Origin: Zancudomyces culisetae HAW-14-8
Lineage: Eukaryota; Fungi; Kickxellomycota
Length of the DNA: 64,000 nt
Assembly (NCBI GenBank): GCA_052426225.1
Contig: JBNJNM010000023.1
Span: forward strand, 558,001-622,000
Direction of reading: 5' to 3'
A model generated the notes under the pieces. The model was not told where the DNA came from. It saw nothing but the letters and a program-made list of their open reading frames with translations, and ran no database searches. Numbering within the stretch: the stretch's first letter is position 1; each line of letters opens with the position of its first letter. The position numbers and the translations under genes were made by a program. Of the stretch, positions 36,168 through 49,412 are shown piece by piece.

Positions 36168-37768
36168 CTAAATTGACAGAATCTTGTTTTTCTCGTACTG
36201 TGGCACAGAATTGACAATAAAACGCCCATCTATCGACAAACTGGCAAACATCCACGGGTTGCTTAGTGACCAATGAACACTATACACACCAGCATCGTGT
36301 GTTTCGTACTGCTTAACTATTCTATCCTCTCTTATCCTCCCAAAATCCGCCGGCTCCTCTTCTTCCTCCTCATCTAAGGTAACCCCTTTACTGACGCTTT
36401 CAATATTGTACAAATTCACCAACCCGTCGCTTCCACCACTAATCAATAGCTGCTCAAAGTTTGAATTACTTTCCAATCCATTTACCCAGTGACTATGTGC
36501 CCCACCCACTTTGGTCAGGCAATTTACACTCGTCTTTCGAATATCATAAACTAGAATATCCCCATTTCTTCCCCCTACCATTATTTGCCCACTATTAACC
36601 GTACTGTTACTAAAAACCAACTTTCCGTCCCTGTTCCCCACTTGGATACTGTATTCAACCTTGTTAGTCCTTTTGTCAATTCCAAAAATAAGATCTCTCC
36701 TGCTTAACATTATTATATTACCCGTATCATCGAAATTACCATCGCTTATTCTGTCTTCTATTCCTGGCATCACTTTAATGTGTTTCTTGCGTATTTCGCC
36801 AAAGTCTTGAACATGCTATTCATTTGATTGTAATAAATTTACATAAAGTCGGATACTTTTTTTACCATGAATGCACGTTAATCGATGGTTGTTTTGAAAT
36901 AAGCAATAAAAATTATCAGCTATACAACATATATCAAACAATAAAAAGACCTGCATACCTCTAATCCACGCTCTGAATACTTCAAAAGACTTGCGCCATC
37001 GTATCCGATCACAATTATCTCTTTATCTCCTACCGTCCCTCGATTACATACTACCCTACAAAGTTATAATTCTTCGTTATGCATGCTCCAACTTTTTACA
37101 ACTTTCTAATAGCAATCAATTTACTTTGTGATGTTTCCACAAACGTCTTTATCGCTTATTTCGCACAGTTTAGTCAAGTCCTCTTTACTTTTGCCTGCTT
37201 TACCCTCGTTCTGCATACCATATTCCATAACGTCTCTATCAAACCCCTCCCCCTCTGCAGCATAATTCGGTGTTTCTTTGTGTGGATATTCATACATCGC
37301 AACCACTTTTTGATATTTTCCCTCTTTTTCTATTATTCCGAATATACCTGTCAGTATTTCTTTGATATTTTAATATAAATCAGTTATCTGTCGAAAAGCA
37401 TCCCCTCAAAATACTGAATATCCTACCTTTGGAATGAACTGTGAAAAACCCCCTCTCTGTCCATCTATTTTCTTCTATATCCCATATCTCCTCTGTATGA
37501 TTAAATACTCTGCTCTGTATATTCTCATTCTCTATATCCGAAATTGTCAATAAATGCACCTATTCAAGCCAAAGAAAAATCAGATTAAATGATCTTAGCA
37601 TGCAATTTAGATTCCAAAATTTACTAGCTCAGCAAAAATTACCTCGTTAGGTTGATTCAAGCCTAATGTACCCAAAATGAATCGGCTTTCATCCTCCCCA
37701 CTTTTGATCGCTTTCATGCATCTTGTCTGTCTATTTGCCCCGTACACTTTTGTATGTTCAGACTCCAT
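36168..37768 (-). CDS. EIPR1: EARP/GARP-interacting WD40 protein (EIPR1/TSSC1), multi-exon
   Basis: Exon 1 MESEHTKVYG..RQTR...RFILGT..LNQPNE then GTAATT; next exon begins VHLL. C-terminal AHSHWV, LISGGSDGLVNL, HDAGVYSVHWS.SNPWMFASLSIDGR..NSVP..EK.KIL match TSSC1. Internal exon boundaries only partly resolved. Confidence 0.85.
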
Positions 37769-38171
37769 CGTTGCTCATTTTTGAAGTGCTGCCAGAATAT
37801 CGTGCCCTCTATTTGTATCTCGATTTTCTTGACTTTCTTTGAAGCAAAAACAGAAAAATATAAACATCTTTGGTTTATTTGCACATGTTTCAGTTACCAT
37901 TTTCCAGCACCAGTTTTGTTAATTTAGGTCATAAATACGGGTTCTTATTGGTTATATCCTACTGATTCAAATTATTTTGTCAGTTTTGAGGGATATTTCA
38001 ACAAACACGACCAAATCCATCAATTTGAAACTTTTATTGTTTCTATTTCCTCTTTTAAAAGCCTCGAATGCAATAACAATATTCAACTTGATAATACTCA
38101 TATATCTGTACTATATAATTCAAGACATTTCTGTTGGGCGAAAGAGTACACTAGTCAAACAAATCGGCAGC

Positions 38172-39344
38172 ATGGACGATGAAATGGCACTCGATCTTCT
38201 CTACTCTACGCTAGCTCACATTCAAGGGCCAGTTAGTTTTTTTAGATTAACATAACAACTATATCTAATATTTAACGATATTTTAATTGTTGTTCTAACG
38301 TGTCATTCTACGATTGAATATCTATATATAATTAGGATCCATACGAGTTTGAAATTCGAAAAAAGCATCTCGCTTTAAAAAAACTTCGGGAAGAAATAAT
38401 TTTGAACTCGAATAAGGAGTATCAAAGTGTAATATCTCTTTTCGTTTAACATAATCTTTAGATATATCACCATTTTTCTATTACATCTAAATGCAAGAAT
38501 GTGCTTATACTACGTCAAAATGAAAATGAAAAGAAAAAACACTACTACGAATTCACTAGAAACTTGTTGAACTTGATATGCAGGAATTAATGAGTAATAT
38601 GCTTGTCCAGAGTTCAGATTCTAAACTGGATACCGACAATATAGCATTATTAATAGCAAGATTTGATAAAACTATTGAAACACTTGAAATCGATGAGGTA
38701 AACTTATACCACTTTTATTGTTTTTGCTGATATTTTTCTTTTGATCTCTCTTTACACATTACAGCCACTTCACGCATCCAAGGTTCATATTTATATATAT
38801 ATGTCATGCATTTATCTCATAATTATAGACACTTATCGACAGAATTTCACAAAAGCTAACTGATGACCTAAACTCAGTTGCAGCCATTGACATTCCTAAA
38901 GCACCCGCAAATGACAAGCTATTAAAAATAAAATTTATTAAACATCTTTCCACATATCTTGACTCGCTGTTTGAGGAAGGCAACCTATTACTCGAAATCC
39001 TGAACATGAACATTCTATCAGAAAATAGGGACGTTAACCTACTCGAGACAATTACAACTTTTTATGAAAAATTAGTCAACATTATCAAACTCAAGTTGAA
39101 GGGAGTCGAAATACAAACAAGGACTGAAAAATTCAATCACAAGATACTGGATGCGTTGAAAAACCTGCAACTATCGCTCGACAACCAAATCCAGGTTCTT
39201 TTAAAGCGGCTAAACGATGTTGAGGCCCTGCTAAAGATGTACTCGGTTGTTGGCGATGAGTTTTTAAACATAGCCAGGAGATATAAATCCGTTGTTAACG
39301 AAATAAATAGGTGTTATAGAGAAATAGACAACTTTGACATTTAG
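38172..39344 (+). CDS. HAUS4: HAUS4-like augmin complex subunit, multi-exon coiled-coil protein
   Basis: The last exon (LKLK.VE.Q....F....LDAL..L...L.......L..Y..VG.EF..IA..Y..V..EI) resembles the HAUS4 C-terminus. Upstream GT-AG exons start at the ATG at 38172. Divergently oriented with EIPR1. Confidence 0.6.
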
Positions 39345-40448
39345 TATTTATTTTACAGTATTCTCGCTGTAGAATCCCCCTCATTATTTGTACTGTAGAT
39401 TTAATATTTTCTGAAACAATTCTGTGATTACTGTGTTGAATAGAGTGATTAGTTTATAAATGTAGTATCAAGAGAACACCCTTACATTTCCATTTAGCAG
39501 CAACTTTTGTTGCTGCTATTGTCTGCTAAACTATTTGTCAACTTTGTGTAGCTAGTTGATTACACATTTGAATTAAACTGTATTCCTTGAGCTCCTATAT
39601 GCAAAGGTTTATAGCAACATGCCTATTCCAGACTATAGTGACTCAGTATATCGGGGTAATGGAATTATAATTTGGTATAAATAATCTTTTTCCGGAAAAA
39701 AAACAGTAATGCTATTGTTGAAATACAGAATAGTGTACGGCCATCCCCACTATCAATGAATTTAGCAACTGGACCAACAAAGCTAAACAGACCCAATGCT
39801 GGCTTGGGATGACATTTAAAATGGTGTTTGTTACTATACAGCTGTGAGTGGTAGTTTACATTGCTTTTATTATAGGCTTACCTAGAAACACAACTTAAAA
39901 TGTAAAAACGTACCATAAAATAATGTACCAAATATTTTTCTAAAAGTTTACAAAGTGTAGTCTTGAATGGAAAAATTAAAGGAAATTGTACATAATAATA
40001 GGACTCGGATGTGCGGGTCAAAAATACCAATGCCAAATGCGGTAACTGGTTTCTCATTTCTTGTCCCCACATTAATTTATTTTTAACTGTAACACCTCAT
40101 GTGCTTTTTTATGACAAACCATAGCCACTACACGGATATTTAGAATAATGTTTTTGGAAGCAGTGGTAGTGATAGTATGATAAATTATAAACTTTGTCTA
40201 AATTCTAGGATGCAGGTATTTCATAAGGTTTTACTTCAATAGTAGCTAATATTTTAAGATATTACAAATGGTATATGTAATCATAATAGCGAAAATACAC
40301 TCTAAAAATATGAGGTGTAGTTGGTTCACCTCTATCTCTTAAATACATGTTAACTTTTTTTAGTATATAATTCAGCACTTTTCATATACTTTTCTCATCC
40401 AGGTTCATAACAAAGGGTTTATGGTGCATAGTGAATATTTAGAACAGA

Positions 40449-41525
40449 ATGCAGTATACTACTAATGTTTTAATAGGAGTGGTATTATGCCTCAGTACAG
40501 CTATGGCTCTGCCAAAGCTAGAAATTAGAGGCTCAAAATTTTACAATACAGAGACCAATCAACAGTTTTTCTTCAAGGGTGTAACGTACCAGCCGAGAAC
40601 AGGATCATTTGCCCAGGGCTACGATCCACTGGCAGATAAACAAGCATGCGATAGAGATGTTCCAGTGCTAAAAGAACTGGGCGTGAATGTGATCCGTGTG
40701 TACGAAACAAATTTCTATTTGAATCATGATTACTGTATGGATATGTTGGATAAAAATGGCATGTATGTATTGCTTGATATTCCAACATCCTATAAATCAA
40801 TAGACAGACACAACCCCTCTTGGAATACGGAATTGGAGCAGTTTTTTGAACTGAAGATACAGGCATTTGCACACTACAACAACGTTGCTGGGTTTATTAT
40901 TGGAAATGAAGTGGTTAATAGTCTCGATACCATAAGATCGGCAAAGGCTGTTAAACAAGGGTTAAGGAGTGTAAAAAGCTACATGAAAGCGCAAAACATA
41001 AATATTCCAGTCGGGTATGCAGATGTGGATCACGACGAGATAGCACAATACATGACCGACTATTTCAACTGCAGCGATGATCCAAACGAGCGATTGGATT
41101 TTTATGGGCTAAACACATACAGATGGTGTGGTGATGCCGACTTTAAAACCTCGGGATACGATACATTGACAAACAAGTTTTTGAGCTACAGCATCCCAGT
41201 ACTATTTACAGAATACGGATGTAATACATATCTACCACGCTCATTTAATGAGGTATCAGCATTGTATAGCAAAGACATGAATTCTGTATTTTCTGGTGGT
41301 CTTGTCTATGAGTTTACTCAAGAAGATAATAAATATGGGTTAGTTGAACTTGTCGGCGATGGGGCAGGACTCAATATACTGGACGATTTTTACAACCTCA
41401 AGAGAATATATGGCACTGTTGTTGACACAGGGCCAGCTGTGTCTCAAAAAGGAAATAGAACAAATGAATTGAACAGAGTTCGCTCGAAATGTCCTACACC
41501 TAATGATTTCTGGACAGTAGATTGA
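40449..41525 (+). CDS. GH72 1,3-beta-glucanosyltransferase (Gas/Gel family); no X8 domain, GPI-like tail lies beyond the stop
   Basis: Signal peptide; FFFKGVTYQ, DPLAD...C.RD, LGVNVIRVY, catalytic GNEV and TEYGC, VGYA.VD, FYGLNTY.WCG, VFSGGLVYEF.QE.N.YGLV. Confidence 0.96.
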   Translation: MQYTTNVLIGVVLCLSTAMALPKLEIRGSKFYNTETNQQFFFKGVTYQPRTGSFAQGYDPLADKQACDRDVPVLKELGVNVIRVYETNFYLNHDYCMDMLDKNGMYVLLDIPTSYKSIDRHNPSWNTELEQFFELKIQAFAHYNNVAGFIIGNEVVNSLDTIRSAKAVKQGLRSVKSYMKAQNINIPVGYADVDHDEIAQYMTDYFNCSDDPNERLDFYGLNTYRWCGDADFKTSGYDTLTNKFLSYSIPVLFTEYGCNTYLPRSFNEVSALYSKDMNSVFSGGLVYEFTQEDNKYGLVELVGDGAGLNILDDFYNLKRIYGTVVDTGPAVSQKGNRTNELNRVRSKCPTPNDFWTVD

Positions 41526-41788
41526 GTAGGTGCAAGTTGATCTGTAAAACCCAAAGCAGGTATGCCGAGTACGCTTTTTGCTGTTCCTCTAATGATGGTG
41601 TTGATAAATAGCTTGTCCCTGTGTACTATTTTCACTATATCTTTATCGACCTAAAACTTGTTTTTTTAATTTCTTTTCCAAATGATTGCTAACAGTTTAA
41701 GACACATAAATAAACCATAAACTTTTTTTTCTTTAAAAAAAAGAAAGGACAGGATATTTAGAACCATAAAAACAGTTAAAAAAAGCTA

Positions 41789-43485
41789 TTAAGTGTGGTG
41801 ATATACTTCAGTAACCAGAGTGTTGTTGACAATAACAGTCTTAAATTGTTCAGGGACAAACGACTCTTTATAATCAGTCGGATCAGATGTCTTTGACGAG
41901 ATAGGGTGGAGAATATTGATAGATGATGATTTGGAAGTGAATATTTCGGTTGCAGAGTCAAGGGAGGCGTGTGGGAGGTATAGCTGAACCCCGTCCGTTT
42001 TATCAATGTTTATCAGTGGCATGGCATTTAACACTTGTACTTCAACAGAGGTACAGTTAACTACATCACAGCTGGAGACAACAGAGTCAATCAACACCGA
42101 AGATTTCTTAGAATCATCAAAGGTGACATTATTCACCTTAGATTTGACATTGACGAATGTGTTGATGCAATTGAAAATGTAAACAGACTGGGAAATGTCG
42201 GTAGGATTCACCTCTATTTGCGCATCAACTTGATTTTCAATCACCCATTTTCTATCACGAAGTTCAAAGGCTGGAGGTTTCTTTGTTGTCGCTGAATGTT
42301 GTTGTCGCTTTTCGTCAGCCTTTGTAGCTGCTTTAGGTTCAATAGGGGCTGCATGGCTGCCTTTATCGCCCTTTTTAACCTTCTTCAAACCAGAGGTTAT
42401 ATTCAAACCCTGATTGAGCTGCTTGTTTAACGCAGCCCTTGCGTCAGAATCGCTTGGAGCTGAACTCTTGGCATCATCGTCCATGAAAAAGCTTGGTGGT
42501 GGTGGAGGTGGTGGGGGTGGTGGAGCTCCTGTTGATGGTGCTGGTGCTGCTGATGGTGTTGAAGTTTCTTTTTGACCGCTCAGTACACTCACAGCTTCTT
42601 CAAAACCATATTTTTCTTTTCCTGCAACACTCCATACCAACCCAGTGGTATAATACTGCTTGACATATCTCTCTAGTGTATCCAAGACCTCAATAAAAGC
42701 GTTAACCCAATCAACATGAGTTTGGTTGCTCCCCTTGTGCTCCTTCAGCACTCTGTTCGTGTAAAACCTACCTGACTCCTTCATTTCCTTTACAAAGGGT
42801 GCTGGTGCTGGCTCAACTGCTACCCAGCCGAATCCTCCTACTCCCTCAGCCACTGCCGACAGATTATTAAACAGTGGACTGCGTCTATTGTCATTCTTAA
42901 CATCTGAGATCTGTAGTAAAAGTTTTTGCTGCTGCTCCAAGAGTTTTGGAAAATCCTTCATGTCTGGCTTGATTGTTTGGCCTGCAACATTCATAAATCT
43001 CGCCTGTGCTTTTACCAATTCTTGTACCAATTTTCCCTATTTTAATTTTGATTATCGTTTATTTTTTTTGTATTTTGTACATTATAAGTTTTAGAATTGA
43101 AACCTGAACTAAGCATCGACACTACACAAAATACACATACCTGTTCCTCGACTGGTCCTCCCAGCTGCACACAGTACGAAATAAAGTTATCCACAGCAGA
43201 GCCAACTTGGCTTTTGAACTCTTGCACCTTGGGCATCAGTTCCAACTCCTCTTCCACGTACTTCTGTACCTCCGGTACCCCCTGTACTAATTCCTCTACA
43301 GCTTTAGGCTCCTGGGGCTCGGCAGTGGCAGCAACAGCAATGGTTTCAGTTGCAGCATGCGTTTGGGAAACTTCGACGGTCTGCGTCTGTACCTCTGTTG
43401 CGTTGGCTTTCGCAGCCCTAAGATTCTTTTCGATCTCCTCCAATCTGGCCGTTGCCTTTTCAATTCTCTCAATCAATGCATTCAT
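41789..43485 (-). CDS. SRV2: Adenylyl cyclase-associated protein CAP/Srv2, 2 exons (intron 43037-43140)
   Basis: N-terminal LIERIEKATARLE, helical domain (NNLSAVAEG..GFGWV, FYTNRVLKE), poly-Pro, WH2-like ITSGLKKV, C-terminal CARP beta-helix (IDKTDG.QLYL, SKSSSIN, VPEQFKT). The GTATGT...TAG intron is phase 0. Confidence 0.97.
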
Positions 43486-44399
43486 TTTAAAGTATACTTT
43501 GGTGCTTAGCTTTGTTTAGTATTATTACTTTTTTAGCTTTATGCTGATGAGGGTTTTGCAAATACTCCGAATTTCTAGAAATAAATATAAAGAAAAAGGC
43601 AGTTCCTTGTACCAACCAATCAGTGATAAATACATTTTCCCTTTATTTCAGAGTCAGTTTTTTCGTCATGTTGGCATATTTAACCTGTGTTTTTTGTTTT
43701 TGTTTATTTGTAATTTACGGGAATTCGAACTGAATAAATCTCTTTTCACCAAAAACAATAACACGAGTAAAAGCTATCATTGAATATGAATTCCTGGTAG
43801 ATTCTCAAAAGAAATGCAACAATAACTCCTAAGCACATATTCAGGATCTGAGGGAAAGAAAAGGTATAAATGAGAAGTAATTGAACAAAATCACTGCTTA
43901 AACTCAGCCTTTTTCCTCACCAAAAGTCAAAGCTACCTTTCACTCGGCTTATTTAAAAGTGTCTTTAGTGTGCTATCGAGTTTTCAATGCAGTAAAGTGT
44001 TTACAGTGGAACCTTGCACTTTTTCGGTTCTAGAGGTATCGTTTTGCAAAAGAATCCCCTCTTCGTATAAACATATAATACCACCGCATCCATACACATT
44101 ACCTTGTCCCGACCGATCTTTCTACTGCTACTTTTTTTAGTTTATTCATATAAAATCTCTCCATACCCATTTTCCATAAACGCAACCCCGAGAACAATAC
44201 TCGTCCTCCTCTAAGTCTCAATTTTTGAGAGCAATAACGTTTGTTTGCTATTATCTCGCGAACTGTTGTTAAAAAACCCCATATAAAGTTAAAGTTATAT
44301 TTTACAATATATTGTGGTTGGTACTTCTGATAAAACCAGACTTTAGTTGATAAAACTAAGAGTATCCATAGTCGAAAAAAAAATACTAATTAGTAACCA

Positions 44400-45159
44400 C
44401 TAATCACTGAATAGTCTTTGAACTCGTTTCAGGATTGAGTCCTTATTAGGATCGTATGGATGGTCTTTTGAGGGTATTTCAAGAACTGTTGGGAATGGTG
44501 CTGTATAATCATCTATGGCATCACGAATCCTTTCGGCAACCTTTTTCAATATTAATTATTTATTAGAATCGTATTATTGTTACTAAAAGCTGCCAAAGTA
44601 ATAAAGGGAGAGGATGTATTGTCATAGAGACTTACGTTTTGGGTTATCAGGATTATTGCAATGTTTTTGTTCTTAGTATATGATACAAAAGTATCCTGGA
44701 TTATGTCATCAGTAACTCCTATTATTGCAACAAGATACTTAAAACGTCTTGGAATTTGTTTTTAAACATTGAAAATTCATAACTGTAATCTGTCCATCAC
44801 TCTTTATATGAGAATAGTCATTAAACGAACTCTTAAAGACTCATGACAGGTATGAACACATAAAAAAAGTTAAAGATACTAGGCGGTGGAACTGATAATA
44901 AAAGACGCTTACTATTGTCAACCACAAAAAAGTTTGCATTCTGACTTTTATCGACATTCCCAATACCCGTCAACAGCATTCCAGTGACAGTATCCTATTC
45001 AGGTAACAGATTGAATGTAATTTTGTGACAATATCATCTACAATAGACAGTAACAAGAGAGCCTTTCGCGTATCTAGGAGTAACTAAAACAATGCATTTA
45101 TACTTTACCTCGTCTCCGATTACTGCTATCAACGTCCTGTTTTTGACCAACGCTGCCAT
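44400..45159 (-). CDS. VMA7: V-type ATPase subunit F, 4 exons (absent from the ORF track)
   Basis: Spliced translation [17 protein letters not shown]|[15 protein letters not shown]...NFFVVDN|RVT...IAIILITQN|[43 protein letters not shown], with three GT-AG introns. Confidence 0.96.
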
Positions 45160-45700
45160 TTACTTTGATTTTATTGTCGGTAGTTTGAGTTTAAACGTTT
45201 AGTAATTTTATCAGTCTATAACGATATTCGTGCTTCTTTTCTCGTTTCGATATTTTATTTCAGGATTGTTGGTTGTGGTTTTTTGGTGTGACAAAATGGC
45301 GGCTAAAAAGATGTATATACTAACAAATGGTCCGTTTTCCGCGGTATATCCTTATTCCCCTCTTTACTCTTGTAAAACTTACAAAGCCTCTACAAGGTTG
45401 ATTTTTGAAAAGCTGCTCTTCGTTTTATTAATTAATTTGGATTGAGCTGTTGCAAAAATAAAGGAGTTTCTGGCTCAAGCTGGGCTGCAAATGAAAACCG
45501 AAAAATTAATAATAAAAAAATGGAAATGGAAATGGAAAACAGAAAATTTTATCTGGAAAGCATATCCGAAACTGTAAATCCATTGGGTAATAAACACTAC
45601 ATACTTATTATTGGCTTAGTGCCGAAACTGCACCATATAACTCTATTACACCAAGTCCTATGTTCCTTCTATATAGTTAAAAAACAAGAACACAAAAGTG

Positions 45701-46975
45701 CTAATGAAACTCTCGTGATAAATACTGTACAACTTTGACTAATCGTTCATTACCACCCAACTTCTCTATCTCCTCATATATTTGGGATTCAACCTCCTGC
45801 AACCTATTGACAGCATACCCAAAGGCGCCAGACTGCTCAATAAGTGATGCAGCATACTTTTTGACATGAGGATCCTGTGTCTTTTGCCTCATAATACTTA
45901 ATAGCTGACCTTGGTATAGAGGGTTTTTCATTGCGTAGATAATAAGAAATGAGAATTTTCCCTCAGTAATATCCTCAAAATACCCTTTGTTGTCATTGTA
46001 TTCGGATGATTTGACATTCATGTAGTCATCACGTATCTGGTAGTAAATTCCAAGCAAATCAACCAGCCGTATGTAGTCTCTGTCATCCTTACCACATACC
46101 CCCATCATTTTAACTGCTAGTCTGAATAGTCCTCCTGTTTCTAATCATATTTTTTGTATCCCACTGAATTAGTATAAACGAAAAAGAACAAACGAGTCTA
46201 TCCATATCAACCGGTACTACTTACTATTCGCAACCATATTTAGGTACGCCTCTTCAGTTGGACATATTAAACAGTCTCGCCAATGTATTTCCATACCCTG
46301 TCCACGATGTAGATTAAGCATTTCCTCTATATGTTTTGTATCAATTTTAGCTCTAAATTGTGACAATTAGATGTGGATTTTACCACAGGATAGTACAATA
46401 ATTTAATGCCTTTGCATACCTGTATATGCATTTATTAATTCCGGCTCATTTAAATCCAACACCTTCTTTAATGCCAATATATACACGTAGTTTGCTGAGT
46501 TTATAGTTTCTGCTATCCCATATATTTTGTGTGCCACTATCATATTATATTATACATAATTTAATACAACCCTCTCTCTCCTCTTAAACTAGTTGGATTA
46601 TATTCCTTATGATTTATCTCGGAGTACCTACCTGGATATCCCCTTCGTAGGTCTGAAGAATCTTCGACATCATCTACCAGGAGGCTCGATGTATGAAGCA
46701 TAGTAACCACCTCGCTAATTTTTTCAAGTTTATCTTCCGCAACTTTAATCCATTCGTTAAATGCCAAGATCATCTGCCTCCTTATGTCCTTTCCTGGGGT
46801 AGATTGGAGGTAATTGTATGGTCCCAGTAATACCTATATCGGTTTTGTTTTCAGTTTACTGCTTTCTATACTTTTTTTGATTTAATCCCATATTTTTCTT
46901 TATTCCTGGTTTCCAGAAACTTATTTTTATTACCTTTTCACTGTAGTTTACATCAGTAAATCGAAGTTCTCCCAT
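45701..46975 (-). CDS. BTS1: Geranylgeranyl pyrophosphate synthase (type III), 5 exons
   Basis: LLGPYNYL...[25 protein letters not shown] (FARM), AHKIYG...TINSANY, LHRGQG.EIHWRD...[24 protein letters not shown] (SARM), [10 protein letters not shown]. Confidence 0.96.
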
Positions 46976-48665
46976 TATTTACAATTTCAACGACTTGCTA
47001 TGAATATCTACAATAATGTTACTATACAAAATCCAAAACTGTATGACTGCTTCGGTGATTGGTTGATCAGCTTCGTACTCGTTATTCAAAGAGTTTATGT
47101 TTGTTGATCCCGGCCTATTCTTTTATGTCGAGATTATTGTTTCTGAAGAAAATACTAAACAGAAAGAAACATGTTTCAAAGCTAAGCTTTATTATTTGAA
47201 CTGCCTGTGATCATGTGGACGACTCTGTTTACCATTGTATTGCCTTCTCACCAACTTTTTTTTGGTGGTTGTTTTTACCCAGATTTTTAGCTGTAATTGT
47301 GTGAAATTATGTAATAGTTTTAAAGTTCAAGTGGTAACACAGCAAAACGAAAAACACCGAAATTATACCATTAAAAAACCAAAGCTCACCAAAAATTAGG
47401 GAGTTGGTACGAATTGGACCTTCACATACCAATAATCATATTACAACAAACTCACGTTAGCTATACAGTAGGTGGTTTTTGTAATGGATATATTTAGTGT
47501 CAAGCTTTAAATCCCACTAAAAAAGCATCAACAGTAAAGCCAATGAATCAAAATATGCTTTTTTAAGCTTATATTAAAACCGGACCTGCAAACCCACAGC
47601 CAATGTATAGACTTAAAATATTACGGCTTCATATATCTCAAAGCGTTTAACTTAGTTTCATCATGTGTATGACCATATTGACCTTTCATTATCGTTGTTT
47701 CTTTATTTTGGACAAAATTTCTTGGGTGTGCATTATTTTGAGTTTTGGAACGTACCGTAATCGAATTACGTTGATGCTAGAACCAGGTGAATGTTACATT
47801 GGTACGAATAAGTAAGTGCATACGTACCTCTTCCCGCTCAACCAGATTTAAACTGTTATTTTAAAATGAATTTACATGTCTGCTGTGGCACACATAATCC
47901 AGTTTACCAGGCTTCGCATTCGGCAAAGCAAACCAAAAATGTGGCGTACTTATGCGATTTGTTACCTCGCATATCATGGTTTGTTTTTCTGACTTTTTAT
48001 TCCCAACTGGAGGAAGTATAAACGCCACCAAGCTTGAATTTCCTAGCATGAATTTTTTCTTAACCAACCCTTTTTCTCACTTGAAACTCCAAATCTTGAA
48101 AGTAGGTAAGCCTATTGGCACACCATCAATCAAGATATGCAGATTTTGCTGCAAATTGATTCAACTTTTGATTTTTGCATGTATATGGTCTCTCAAGTAC
48201 CCGTACCATTTTAGTTCAAAATACGTTTATTATAATAAAATGAATAAGTTAAAGCGTTTAAAGTACACTCTCAAAAAACACTCTTATCCTTCATCGAACA
48301 CCACAAAAAAATGATGAGTAAACTGCGATTTGCACTTGCTTTAATCATGGGATTCTGCATGATTTCGGAATAATTAATAAAGTAAATATAGAGATAGAGC
48401 TTGTAATATATTCCGAAGTGAGAAAAATAGCATAATGCAATGCTCATATGTGCTAGAAATTCAGCCTGCGGTATCTTTTTTTTCTGTTGTGAGTGCAATA
48501 TATATAGTGAAATATGTCATTTCATTTTATAATTTTTATCTTCTTTTGTTTCAATCTCAAAACTATAAGCATTATTACATTCACTTGAAGTTAGCATCAT
48601 ATCAATATTCATTTGGATTAAACCTATCTAAAGTATCAAACATTAATAAAAAAATACAAATCGCA

Positions 48666-49412
48666 ATGCATTTGGAGAAAACGCTGTTTATCGTTTTATT
48701 ATGTCTACTAACCGCTGTGTATTCACACAGTTGGATAGATTGTGCAAAATACGATGTAAAACAGAAAAAGTGCGTAGGATACAGTCGAGGATATCCTGGT
48801 AGGGAAAACCCAAAAATAAATGATCTCTATACATATGTTTTCAATGCGAAACCAATAAATCAAGCTATATGTGAACCTAAGCTACAGGTATGATATTCAA
48901 CGCTAAATTTTTAAAATATGAAATCATCATTTCTCATATAGACGCAATCTAGCTTATCCTATGAGCTTGTATCTACATTTTACATCCAATTTCTAATCGA
49001 TTCTTTATTTATTCTACACTCCTTCCAAAAATAGTCAAAGCCAAACTACTCTACTAAATACCCTATGGGCACAGCACGCCGCGGAGAAAGAATTTATCAA
49101 GTTTGGCAAGCAAATGGCCATTTAAACAACACGAAACCCACCAAAATCAAGGTTTTGTATTACAAGGACCCAAAACGTCAGGTTAAAGTGTTTTCAGAAA
49201 AGTGTATCGCTGATGTGGCAGGAGAGATGACCTTTGCAACAAATAAGAATTGTGCAAATCCTCAAAACCCAAACACGATCTGTGCTAACTCGTGGGTTGT
49301 TCCACTTGATCTGATACCCAACACCGTCTACAATTTTGTCTGGCTGTGGGATTTTGGATTTAACCCTGCTGGGCAGGAATACTCGACCTGTTTTGATCTG
49401 CTAATCAAATAA
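48666..49412 (+). CDS. Secreted protein with predicted mature N-terminal His (candidate histidine-brace, LPMO-like), 199 aa, 2 exons (intron 48888-49034)
   Basis: 20-aa signal peptide ending VYS, then HSWIDC; GYSRGYPGR; NGH; C-terminal YNFVWLWDF...QEYSTCFD. A phase-0 GTATGA...TAG intron joins ORFs 48435..48893 and 49065..49412. Confidence 0.85.

Noticed and set aside
41523-41540. Selenocysteine insertion at in-frame TGAs (Sec is known in some early-diverging fungi)
   Set aside because: The positions are not redox-Cys equivalents, GH72 is not a selenoprotein family, and I recognised no SECIS.
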